Shown: one piece after another, positions 53,291 through 62,227 of the stretch | How the letters are laid out: every line of letters begins with the position of its first letter | How positions within the stretch are numbered: the first letter of the stretch is position 1 | Source: a virus | Lineage: Duplodnaviria; Caudoviricetes | DNA length: 64,000 nucleotides | Strand: one strand, 5' to 3' | IMG/VR virus record: IMGVR_UViG_3300021256_000087 | Location: 19,477 to 83,476 of that record | The notes under the pieces: generated by a model | Told to the model about the DNA's origin: nothing | Database searches by the model: none | What the model saw: only the letters and a program-made list of their open reading frames with translations | Program-made: the position numbers and the translations under genes

Positions 53291-54362
53291 CTAATATACC
53301 GCCAAATACTTTAGCAAATATATCTTCTGAATCCTCATCTCCAGTAAACTCAGGTCGCTTCGCAGAATATTGTTGCATATAATCATTATACATCTTGGCA
53401 TATTTATTCTTAATGCCAAGCATCTTGCATAAATGGCCCAAGAAGAATACACTTATATACGTCCCAATTTTGTCAACGTCAGCAAGTTCGGGATCTATAT
53501 CGGGAGCCGGACGAGTCTCTTCCATTTTTTGAATAAGTTGTCCAAATGATTCAATACCATTTGTAAGATCAGTCTTATTCTGTTTAGGCGTAATGTTTCC
53601 GGTTTCCATAAGTTTCTGCAGTGTAGTAGTTAGTTTATCCGTCTGCTCGCCATTGAGTCTCGCCTTATGTAATTCAAGCTGTGTAAAAGCTATATTCTTA
53701 AACACTTCCTCCTGAGCTTTAGTATTGCATTCATACTTATCACACCAATCCGAATATTCCTTTTCGAGAAAATTAAGATCAGGCAATGAGTATTCAGTGC
53801 CGAAATGTTCTTTTGCCAATTTAAAAAATTCGGAGTTTTCGTCGAACGTTTCCTCTACGGGGCGTTGTTCGTAACTTCCGAATTTACTATCTTTCCATTT
53901 CTTACCTTTATACTGAGGTAAGCTTTGTATGTTAGTTATATAGACCGCAAAGATCGACGACCAATTCTTTTTAGTTTTAACGTCATACTTTTGATCTGCC
54001 ATGCCAGTACATAACTTTGTATATAATGCATCGTCATATGGCTTATCCATCAACTCAAGAACTTTCATAATACTTTCCCTTGTTTCATTTGGCGGATCAG
54101 ATTCCCTTTTTCTTTGTGCTGCAATCATCTGAATACATTCCTTACATATGGGAAAGTATCCAGCCTTAAAACGATCATCTCTGTAGAACCCAGTATGCTG
54201 ACCGGTATTTCGTTTCCACTGATCGCACTTAGGGCAATACATAATATCGCAGTCAAGCATCTTATTATAGGTGTCAGCGAACTTACTATAAATTCTACGC
54301 ATATCGGCGACACCAAGTTTAGATTCCTCGCCAAGAGGCGCGGGTTGTAAATTCGTTGCCAT
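53283..54362 (-). CDS. putative terminase small subunit / DNA-packaging protein with Cys motifs
   Basis: Overlaps the terL start; CPKC...CKEC; start moved to the ATG with AAGGA RBS. Confidence 0.5.
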   Translation of the reverse strand: MATNLQPAPLGEESKLGVADMRRIYSKFADTYNKMLDCDIMYCPKCDQWKRNTGQHTGFYRDDRFKAGYFPICKECIQMIAAQRKRESDPPNETRESIMKVLELMDKPYDDALYTKLCTGMADQKYDVKTKKNWSSIFAVYITNIQSLPQYKGKKWKDSKFGSYEQRPVEETFDENSEFFKLAKEHFGTEYSLPDLNFLEKEYSDWCDKYECNTKAQEEVFKNIAFTQLELHKARLNGEQTDKLTTTLQKLMETGNITPKQNKTDLTNGIESFGQLIQKMEETRPAPDIDPELADVDKIGTYISVFFLGHLCKMLGIKNKYAKMYNDYMQQYSAKRPEFTGDEDSEDIFAKVFGGILDE

Positions 54363-54388
54363 CCTTTTTATCCTTTCTAATTCTAATA

Positions 54389-54415
54389 GAAAAATGGCGG
54401 GGAATTCTCCCCGCC
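54389..54415 (-). terminator. intrinsic terminator just upstream of the packaging genes
   Basis: GGCGGGGA-GAAT-TCCCCGCC-ATTTTTCT. Confidence 0.7.
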
Positions 54416-54582
54416 TACCAATACTCACATTGACTCGGCAAGGGATATACGTCTACCCTAACGTTTAGGTTATAATTGTTTAGCCTTTTCACTCCACGCC
54501 AATGTAATAATTTGAGCCCGAGATTTTATATACCGCATCTCGGGTAGCGGTAAACATTTGGTGCAATGCCCTATAGGCACTG

Positions 54583-54650
54583 TAGTGGAGCCCAGAGGAA
54601 TCGAACCTCCATTAAGATACGCACTAATTGCGTCCACAGCCATCGGCCCC
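54583..54650 (-). ncRNA. tRNA-like RNA lacking a D-stem, resembling the tRNA-like domain of tmRNA / tRNA-Ala
   Basis: GGGGCCG...GGAGG-TTCGATT-CCTCT-GGGCTCC-A-CTA: acceptor stem with G3.U70, discriminator A, canonical T arm, and a central ACGCA-ATTAG-TGCGT hairpin. Confidence 0.65.
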
Positions 54651-54827
54651 AAAAAAACAAAAGACGTCACAATATAACAGCTATCTTTATCGCCCCTCGC
54701 TTTGTTTATGGTGGAGGTTCGCCAATCTTTATTTGACGTCTTCGAAGGCTCCTCCTACACATGGTAGATGAGTTAAAATTTTGCGCCCCCTCCACCGCTA
54801 GGACAGCAGTGAAAGGAACGCACGCGG

Positions 54828-54990
54828 AAGGAATCAATTGAAAGTAACGGGACGGAGAGACCTAATGTCTCTCTCATCCACGATAAAAACGAAACCTTGA
54901 ATTAAACCCCTGAATTAATGGTTTCAGGAACCAAAGGAATTAATTAAAAGTAACGGGATGGAGAGATCTAATACCTCCCTCATCCACGAC
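54828..54990 (-). repeat. tandem 57-bp imperfect repeat (54828-54884 and 54934-54990) forming a conserved hairpin
   Basis: 8 mismatches, all transitions; those in the stem preserve pairing. Confidence 0.85.
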
Positions 54991-56130
54991 TAAAACCATT
55001 TGTTCGGGAGCTCCAACTATACGTTTTGACATCGTATAATCGTCGCCGGTGCCGCATAAACTTCCGCTGCGGATCACCTTTACATTGCTAATATTTTGAA
55101 AAGAGTTATTATGGAGATGTCCCATAATGACTGCTTCCGGAATGTGCCCAATCATAAACACGAGCTTAGCTACACTAGACTGATCAGCCCCGTCCCAGTC
55201 CCCATGTACGATTAAGTATTCCTTATCTCGTACTATTACACTTCCAATACTGGGATCATAATTAAACTCGTCAATAAAAATTATATTTGTCAGATGTTCA
55301 AGTTTTGCCTTGCAATACCAAGGAACTATCGAGTCGAGTCGCTCATCTCGCAGAACATTTTCCTTGAGTCCAATGCGGGAATGATTTCCTCCTACGTTAT
55401 TAATAAACACGTTTTCAAAATGTTTACTAAGTTCATACAGAAAATCCGATACGAGCTCTGATGCTTTCACAACTTGCTCAATAACATTTTCTCTGTTCTG
55501 TAGTTGTACCGTAGGGTGGATGTTTCCTGATACTAAATCTCCGAGGAGTAGGACGTAAGCGTCCCTCGAAGCATTGCTCTTTTGGATCTTCAGAATATTT
55601 CCGAGATACTCGTCCAGTCTTTCCTTTGCAATGGTACTATTATACTTACCGCCCCATGAGTCCACATCTTCTCCGATATGAAGATCTGATAAACAGATAA
55701 TCATATCCGTATCCCCATTAGTCGTTTTTATCACAGAAGGTTTATACTTCAGCTTTCCAGCTTCGGCAATTTCCCGTCTTAAAATATCCAGATTTTCCTC
55801 GCATCTTGCTTCATCTCTTTTAATCTTAACAAGCGCTGCGCGCTCATCGAAAAGCTTCTGCTTCTCTTTGCGAATGTCATATATTCTACTGTCACCGCAT
55901 GTCACGGGACGCTTACTATCCATATATTTCTTTACCGCATAACCTCCAAATAAGGTGCCATTGGCTTTCCTAAGAACATCGGAAGCATAGGGTATATTGT
56001 ACTTTTCTTTTATTTCATCCCACTCCATATCGAGGTTTCCTTCAAGTTTGTCGTATATATCAGACAGACAACTCTCATAATCCTCGACGGACATGTTTAT
56101 CTTTTCTAATTCTTTTTCTATATTTTCCAT
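54940..56130 (-). CDS. calcineurin-like metallophosphoesterase (SPbeta YonJ-like)
   Basis: LSDLHIG, LLGDLVSG, GGNHSR, IVHGD, MGHLH motifs. Confidence 0.85.
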   Translation of the reverse strand: MENIEKELEKINMSVEDYESCLSDIYDKLEGNLDMEWDEIKEKYNIPYASDVLRKANGTLFGGYAVKKYMDSKRPVTCGDSRIYDIRKEKQKLFDERAALVKIKRDEARCEENLDILRREIAEAGKLKYKPSVIKTTNGDTDMIICLSDLHIGEDVDSWGGKYNSTIAKERLDEYLGNILKIQKSNASRDAYVLLLGDLVSGNIHPTVQLQNRENVIEQVVKASELVSDFLYELSKHFENVFINNVGGNHSRIGLKENVLRDERLDSIVPWYCKAKLEHLTNIIFIDEFNYDPSIGSVIVRDKEYLIVHGDWDGADQSSVAKLVFMIGHIPEAVIMGHLHNNSFQNISNVKVIRSGSLCGTGDDYTMSKRIVGAPEQMVLVVDEGGIRSLHPVTFN

Positions 56131-56139
56131 GTGTCCCCT

Positions 56140-56769
56140 TTAAACCTTTAATAATTGTTTCAGAGTTATATCTTTACCAATGATCTTGTGAACAATTCCA
56201 TACTCCTGAGCCTTATCAGAATACATATAGAATTCACGATTTACATTTTTATCATATGTATCCTCATCCATGGTGGTACGCTCAAGTACGAACTGTTTTA
56301 CGCGCTCGTTCATACCGTCAAAGAACTCCATTGTATCCTTTGCTTTACCGGAAGAATTTGAAAGATCAATCTCTCCGTCATGCTGAAGAAAAATGGTATT
56401 GGTAAAAGAGTATCTTTCATCAGCAGCGAGATAAATAAGATATGCTGCCGAAGCTACCAATCCAAGACCAATAACTCTAATAGGTGTCTCAGATGAATGA
56501 ATAACATCCATCATTGGGCCGGCTACATACATATCTCCGCCATAGCTATGGATGAATATCGTAATCGGTCTACGATCCTTCTTTGTCAGACATACATCCT
56601 CAAGATTCCACTGGAGTATCCAAGAGATAGCATCGTCTATAAGTCTTATGTCTACGTCTTGATTTAAGAACAATATTCTATTCTGCAAGAAACCAGTAAA
56701 GAGCTTGTCATAAGCACTGCTTTCTCCGTCGGTCATTATTGAATTAAGATCTACTACACATGCTCCCAT
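56140..56769 (-). CDS. clpP: ClpP-like protease subunit
   Basis: RILFLNQDVD, IFIHSYGGD, GLVASAA (Ser), FLQHDG (His). Confidence 0.88.
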   Translation of the reverse strand: MGACVVDLNSIMTDGESSAYDKLFTGFLQNRILFLNQDVDIRLIDDAISWILQWNLEDVCLTKKDRRPITIFIHSYGGDMYVAGPMMDVIHSSETPIRVIGLGLVASAAYLIYLAADERYSFTNTIFLQHDGEIDLSNSSGKAKDTMEFFDGMNERVKQFVLERTTMDEDTYDKNVNREFYMYSDKAQEYGIVHKIIGKDITLKQLLKV

Positions 56770-56833
56770 TTCCTTTTATTCCTTTCTGTCCGCTGAGAGG
56801 TGACACTGCGCCACCTCTTTCATATGCGGACTT

Positions 56834-56848
56834 TGTTATTGTGTCAAG
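56834..56848 (-). promoter_or_regulatory. 15-bp element CTTGACACAATAACA (-35-like), identical to 63080-63094
   Basis: TTGACA with a weak TATGAA 17 nt downstream; upstream of clpP. Confidence 0.5.
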
Positions 56849-56909
56849 AATGTATCAACCATGCGGGTTTGAAGGGTGTCGAGGTAGGGGAGGGGTACCC
56901 AAAAAGTGG

Positions 56910-59900
56910 TCATTTTTGCAAATTTTTGCTAAAGCATTTAAGTAGTGCCTCAGGATTAACCTCGTATAAAACCCTTAATAAGATTGCTCTATTCTTATTT
57001 AGCTTACTTTTTAAACCGGCGGTCTGTTGCTCGAGCTGTGGAGTCATCCTAAAAGCTCTGTCCAGCAGCCAGCTAAACAAACCAATATATCTATTTGGTA
57101 ATGCTATTCGTCTAATGTCTTCCACAAGTTGTTCAAAATCTTCTCTGAGTAAGAGATAAGATTCCATATCGCTTATGCAATCATCTTTGTCTATTCTGCT
57201 TTCAAGTAATTCTAGTTGATATTTTTGTATAAGATCTTCAACATTACGTGAAGCCTTCTTTGTCATGTCCAGCGGAAACTTCTGAAAGAAATCCGTTGTC
57301 GGTATAGTTTCCGTTTCGGGTTTATATGATTCAAACTCCATCTTGTACAGCCTACACATAGGTGAATCGAGTTTGAAGTTTATTCTATTTGTTGGGAATC
57401 CTTTTCGGATTTGTTGCCAGAATGGCGGATATTTATTGTCCTTAATGCCGATATCGGCACGGATACGTTTTATTTCATTTGTTATATCTATTGAAAAGGT
57501 ACGCTTACTACTATCTATGGCTGCTTGTGCAAGCACCGCTAAGATACAAGCGTAATCTTTATATTTCTGATCTGGATAATTATATGTATATGTTAAACAA
57601 ACTTGTGCCAGATTGCTGGACTCTCCTATATTTCTTTGGCTCGCACTTAAATTGTTATCCATCAACGCAAATGAAGCCATGTCGGAATCGTATGATTTTT
57701 TACTCTTAGGTATATTATTAACTATCGTTGGATAGACTTGATAACAATACTTTGCGTGCTCCACAATTGAAGGAGCGTTGGTTGTGTATATTGAATCAGA
57801 GTCCTGATCTGCTATGTGTTATCGTATTGGTTCTTTATCCAATACCTCTCTAAGTTTCCTTAGACGCTCAGACTATCTCATCACCTTCGGCATTGTCCGG
57901 TCAGGTGTTCGGCGCTCGTGGGTGGATTATTGTTGCCTACTCACCACCTAGTCGTTAAACGTTCCTGTAGTTATTGTTGGCATTACAGACTTCGTAATTG
58001 ATTAGCATATATATGATTAAATATTTTTCCAAGTCTTTCTTTTAACAATATAATCAATAGTTGACCAATGACTATGATAATCATCATTTGGATAAAGTAT
58101 TCTGCAAATATCTATAACTCTCAACCCGTCAGAATACATTTTTCTTATTTCTAAAACTTGTTCTTCTGTAAGAGTACTACGTCCGTTATTAGTTCCAGTA
58201 TGTCCTTTACAAATGGTTTCATAATTATTATCAACACTATATTGAATATTTTCTTTATGAGTAACCCATTCAAGATTATCGGCATTGTTATTATGTCTAT
58301 TAAAATCTTTATGGTTTACTTCAGCTTCTTCAAAATAACCATCAACCCAAGCATGTGCTACATATAAATGAACTGGAACATCTCCGCCACTTACCAAATA
58401 GCCGTCTACATTATCTCTTGTTTTACTTTCTTGGTTTCTGTTATTTTTTATATCTCCATCTTTTGAAACCCACTTGCTACGATTTCTTACAGTCACATAT
58501 CTATATATCTTACCATCAATTTCTTTTTCTTCCATAAACGTCCTTTCCGAAATTGACTTGGAAATTAATCATATACTTAGCTTTCCGATTTTCACCGAAT
58601 GTTTATTACGCACATTTCTGTACGCTGGCCCAGTTTGTTAAGCCATTATTTCTGTCACAGAAACTTGTACCTTGTAGATTCACTGCTATACACAACTTAC
58701 CGAATCTAAAATACTTTTTAATCAACGGATGTAATCTGTTATGCAAATATCCCAAATTGTTTTGGGAATTAAAAGGATTTCTAAATTCTGCCAGATACTC
58801 TCCATCCTCAAATCTTTCTGAATAACATTGGATTGCATCTTCCTCTACGTCAAAGGTGCAATCTTTACTCACATCTTCTCCGACAGAGTGCAAGAGCATT
58901 GCGTATGGACTTCCACATATAACAAGATTATCGGCGTTTTGTAAAAGTTTACCGGTCTTTATACTCATCGTATAGTCGTAAATGATTTTCTTCTTACGCT
59001 CTCGGAAATATTCGCTCTGTTCAAATGTATGATCCTGAGTCCATATTGCCAGCAACGCTTCATAATCATTCGAAAAGTTTGCATTTCTCTTTAAGAAATC
59101 CAAATACGTATTTAAATCGGTCTTAAGTGCCTTTACATAATCTCTGGTGGGAGCGGATACCTGATCTATGGTTTCATTGTTTAATGAGTTGACCATTTGG
59201 TAAGACATCCTCTGATAATCGCCGTACTTGCTTGGATGCGCTGTCTTAACTATTCCAAACATTGATCCGTTCTCTCGAACCTTCTCACACCATTGTTCAT
59301 AGGTCACATTATATTTAACCCATTTCACGGCATTATTAGTGGTAATTACTTTAACGTTCTTAGCAAGATGTTTATTACCCCACATATCCGTCAGATAAGC
59401 CGTATCATATTTCTGACCAAAATAGTCCTTGAGAAAACCTTGTATATCTGTAGCGAATGCTGCCGCTTTTGTGAAATGATGGCGCAAGAGGAGATACCCG
59501 TTTGTCCACTCGGGACATATCGACAAATCGATTAATGCCTGTCCATCAAACATGTCACAGCCCAACGTGTAATCTCTACGATACACTGCCTTGCATTGAT
59601 TGTTTTCAACCTCTACACTTACCACATTGGTTTTGAATTCCGACTTTACATCTTTTAGGATTACTATATCTTCGGGATTAATCTCTATCTTGCCGACAAT
59701 GGTTGAAGTCACCAGTGATGTGTATGCCCCAAACTCCGTAATTGGTGCATCGTGCTTTGGGAGCTTGAGGCCCATATAGAGGAAGTCGTGAGCCTTCTTA
59801 TACAAGCTTTGCTTTATAAACATACACGAACCAACCTTAGCCTTGCCAGCGGTACGATACAAATATTTATACTTTACATCACCATTCTTATAATGTATCG

Positions 59901-60267
59901 TGACTCCGTTCTCATAAAATATCTTTCGTATTTCGTCTGCGCTTTTGCAATCAAACTTATCTTTATTGGCGACGCATTCTTCTCTAAGTGCTTGTAGATA
60001 TGTATTATCTGGATCCTCCGCCAATGAGACGTCTATCCTTGCAAGTTCGTCCTCATAAGTTCTGCTGCCGTAATTAAAGTTGAGACATATTACATCACGT
60101 GTATACTTTTCATTTCGGGTACTCAATCCATTCGCCTTAAGAAAGTCTAAGAATAGTGAGTTGGTTAACATTGCCTGTTTCGAATCGTACTTTTTACGAA
60201 CACCGCACTGTACTTCATATACAGAACCGGCCTCAAAATTACTAATCTTATAACCGTATTGACCCAA
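56910..60267 (-). CDS. yonO: YonO-like single-subunit (two-barrel, RdRP-related) DNA-dependent RNA polymerase, ~842 aa; exons 60267-58641 and 57811-56910
   Basis: DMFDGQALID, LLRHHFTKAA, AEFRNPFN; splicing restores DRNNG-S-DQDSDSIY (DxDxD catalytic motif); 1627+902=2529 nt = 843 codons. Confidence 0.88.
57812..58640 (-). mobile_element. group I intron (829 nt) carrying an HNH homing endonuclease
   Basis: P1 UGGCU/GGCCA with U.G at the 5' splice site; P10 CAG/CUG; P3 UUCGGUG/CGCCGAA; R UUUAACGACUAG; S GAGAUAGUCUG; terminal G. Confidence 0.92.
58017..58535 (-). CDS. intron-encoded HNH homing endonuclease
   Basis: VHLYVAHAWV...EVNHKDFNRHNNNADNLEWVTHKEN; C-terminal GTNNGRSTLTEEQVLEIR DNA-binding module; flanked by a 10-bp stem TATATGATTA/TAATCATATA. 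Confidence 0.92.
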   Translation of the reverse strand: MEEKEIDGKIYRYVTVRNRSKWVSKDGDIKNNRNQESKTRDNVDGYLVSGGDVPVHLYVAHAWVDGYFEEAEVNHKDFNRHNNNADNLEWVTHKENIQYSVDNNYETICKGHTGTNNGRSTLTEEQVLEIRKMYSDGLRVIDICRILYPNDDYHSHWSTIDYIVKRKTWKNI

Positions 60268-60283
60268 CGGTTATCACCCCCTC

Positions 60284-61213
60284 TTAACCAATGATAATCT
60301 CGCGGGCATACTGCATAGTCTTGCTACCGCACATCTTCCCGAATAGTGAACCCGCTATATCAACAAGTTCCTTTTCTTCCTTTACACAGTCCTCATATAC
60401 GAACTTGGGAAGTAGTCTTGCAACGGCGCCCATATCCTGAGGAGTCAACTGAACCGGAAGATCTCCATCGTCGCGCAGCTTCTCAATCGCCTTTTCAACT
60501 CGCCTCTTGGTTACTATTGTGTCAACTATATTCTGACAGTTAGCTTCATCGGCAATCTCTAGCTCACTCTTAATCTTTGGAGCTCTTGCCTTCATTGATT
60601 CCTTAAAAGCTTCATTGACGATCTTCACATAATAAGGCTGGCGTGAATCATTAGAATCAAGTCTGTCCTGTGACTTGCAAACCACTCCTTCCTGAGTGGG
60701 GCCGTAGTACCCGTCATTTTCAAGGAACTGCTTTACATGATCCCACGAAACAAATGGCCCATCATAGAGAACGTGGATATATGTAAGACCAAGTTCGTCG
60801 CAGATTTTGCGCACGTCCTCCTGAGGAAGATACTGACCGGTTGCGGCATTAAATACGTCATACACTATCCAATGATTATGAGCGAACTCAGGCTTGTAAT
60901 CTTTTATTTTGTTACCTCCTAAATTCCACTCTCCAAAAATTACCATGTCCTGATGGCCGGACATAAACCATTCAGCAAGACTACCGAGATTAGTAGTATA
61001 CTGCCAGAACCCGTTGAGATTGTTGTCGTAATCAAGGACTTTATTTCTCGAACATGCGATGATATGCCCGTCCTCCCAAGCCGCCGACGCATTTGAACCA
61101 TCGACTTTGACAGTCACTTGCACATGCTCGCCTACTGTAAATCCGTCCACATTAGAGGCACGGAGTTCCGTGCTCTCTATGCGTGCCGCCTCGATGTCCA
61201 TATACTTCTTCAT
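60284..61213 (-). CDS. ATP-dependent RNA ligase (Rnl2-like)
   Basis: Motif I KVDGSN, III IFGEW, IIIa VYDV, IV EGVVCK, V YVKIVNEAFKE. Confidence 0.85.
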   Translation of the reverse strand: MKKYMDIEAARIESTELRASNVDGFTVGEHVQVTVKVDGSNASAAWEDGHIIACSRNKVLDYDNNLNGFWQYTTNLGSLAEWFMSGHQDMVIFGEWNLGGNKIKDYKPEFAHNHWIVYDVFNAATGQYLPQEDVRKICDELGLTYIHVLYDGPFVSWDHVKQFLENDGYYGPTQEGVVCKSQDRLDSNDSRQPYYVKIVNEAFKESMKARAPKIKSELEIADEANCQNIVDTIVTKRRVEKAIEKLRDDGDLPVQLTPQDMGAVARLLPKFVYEDCVKEEKELVDIAGSLFGKMCGSKTMQYAREIIIG

Positions 61214-61605
61214 TAAGAATCCTCCTCGTCATATGGAAAATACACAGGAACACCTTCGATATTTATTGAAAACATCTTCAATTCCGGATATGTCTTAATA
61301 GTCATTTCAAGAGGTTCTTCCATAGCTACGGCAATTTCTCTGACGCTATTAATCAGATCTTCCACCATCAAATCCTCAACATCATCGGTATCATCGTACG
61401 TCTCTACGTTGAGATAAACGACTGCAAAGTCTTTACTTACGTACTCATAATTAATTACTTCGCAATCCATCAGCTCGGGATCAATGTCTTCAGCCGATGT
61501 GTAATACTCAGCACAATCTTCAGCGTCAAGATTTACATCGAGCTCCACAATGTAGTAAAAATTACACTCAAGTTCTTTCATTACGTCTCTAAGAGTCTGA
61601 TTCAT
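61213..61605 (-). CDS. acidic hypothetical protein
   Basis: Very Asp/Glu-rich; GAAGGA RBS. Confidence 0.6.
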   Translation of the reverse strand: MNQTLRDVMKELECNFYYIVELDVNLDAEDCAEYYTSAEDIDPELMDCEVINYEYVSKDFAVVYLNVETYDDTDDVEDLMVEDLINSVREIAVAMEEPLEMTIKTYPELKMFSINIEGVPVYFPYDEEDS

Positions 61606-61606
61606 A

Positions 61607-61867
61607 TTATTCCTTCCTTTCATTTGCTCTACTAAAATGTTTGTCAGCACATTTGGTACATGCAAGGTCTCTATCGCTACCGCACCCCAGATCACCAAGG
61701 CTTACTACCAAATCGCCCTTACGCATGATCTTGCGGCAGTAACAACATCTTTGTTTATCGGTCAGTGAAAATTTGGGGAAGCAATTATCACAAAACACAT
61801 AGCCGAGAGATTCATATCCTTCACCATCGGCCACTCTGTCGCCGCATCTACAACATTTACGCATCAT
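61607..61867 (-). CDS. small Cys-rich double zinc-finger protein
   Basis: CCRC...CDNC...CCYC...CTKC. Confidence 0.6.
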   Translation of the reverse strand: MMRKCCRCGDRVADGEGYESLGYVFCDNCFPKFSLTDKQRCCYCRKIMRKGDLVVSLGDLGCGSDRDLACTKCADKHFSRANERKE

Positions 61868-62042
61868 CTTCCTCCACTTCACAGACGGCGTATGCCTGTC
61901 CGCCCCTAAACACAAACCTGAGAACCGTATAACCGGCTCCCCACTTCTTCCTTACATAGTCATCAGCGCTCTGCCAGTTGTCTTCGTGCATCGCCCGATG
62001 ATATGTGAAGTATGGAACCATTACTGTAACTTCCTTCCTCAT
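61857..62042 (-). CDS. small hypothetical protein
   Basis: GGAGAT RBS; overlaps neighbours. Confidence 0.55.
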   Translation of the reverse strand: MRKEVTVMVPYFTYHRAMHEDNWQSADDYVRKKWGAGYTVLRFVFRGGQAYAVCEVEEDDA

Positions 62043-62227
62043 TCCACATCTCCTTTATAATTTAATGGCTGAATTACGAGTAACATACTAAGGGTTATAA
62101 TCAACAGTACTTTGTGAGCCAGCCATTCCCCGTAGGGATCTAATGCTGAAAGAACCACACATACCGTTAGTCCTATAAGGGTTATTAAAAAAAATATGTC
62201 TATCATTTTCTTCATTTCGAAAACCAA
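62039..62227 (-). CDS. small two-TM membrane protein
   Basis: Two hydrophobic stretches. Confidence 0.5.
   Translation of the reverse strand: MVFEMKKMIDIFFLITLIGLTVCVVLSALDPYGEWLAHKVLLIITLSMLLVIQPLNYKGDVE

Noticed and set aside
54583-54620. attP remnant of a tRNA/tmRNA 3' end
   Set aside because: The matching 5' acceptor strand is also present, and no integrase is nearby; cannot be fully excluded without the rest of the genome.
54583-54650. Ochre-suppressor tRNA (UUA centred in an AAUUAGU loop) and stop-codon recoding
   Set aside because: No U33, no D arm, and the loop more likely closes to 5 nt; most genes end normally in TAA and ORFs are intact under code 11.
54470-54670. 66-aa minus-strand ORF from the track
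   Set aside because: Overlaps the tRNA-like structure, has no RBS and no protein-like features.
54828-54990. Template/variable repeat pair of a diversity-generating retroelement
   Set aside because: Differences are not adenine-specific (A/G both ways plus C/T), the repeat is only 57 bp, and no reverse transcriptase is present in the window.
56910-60267. RNA polymerase pseudogene or two-subunit split
   Set aside because: Precise U/G splice boundaries and group I core helices restore one in-frame protein of YonO-like length.
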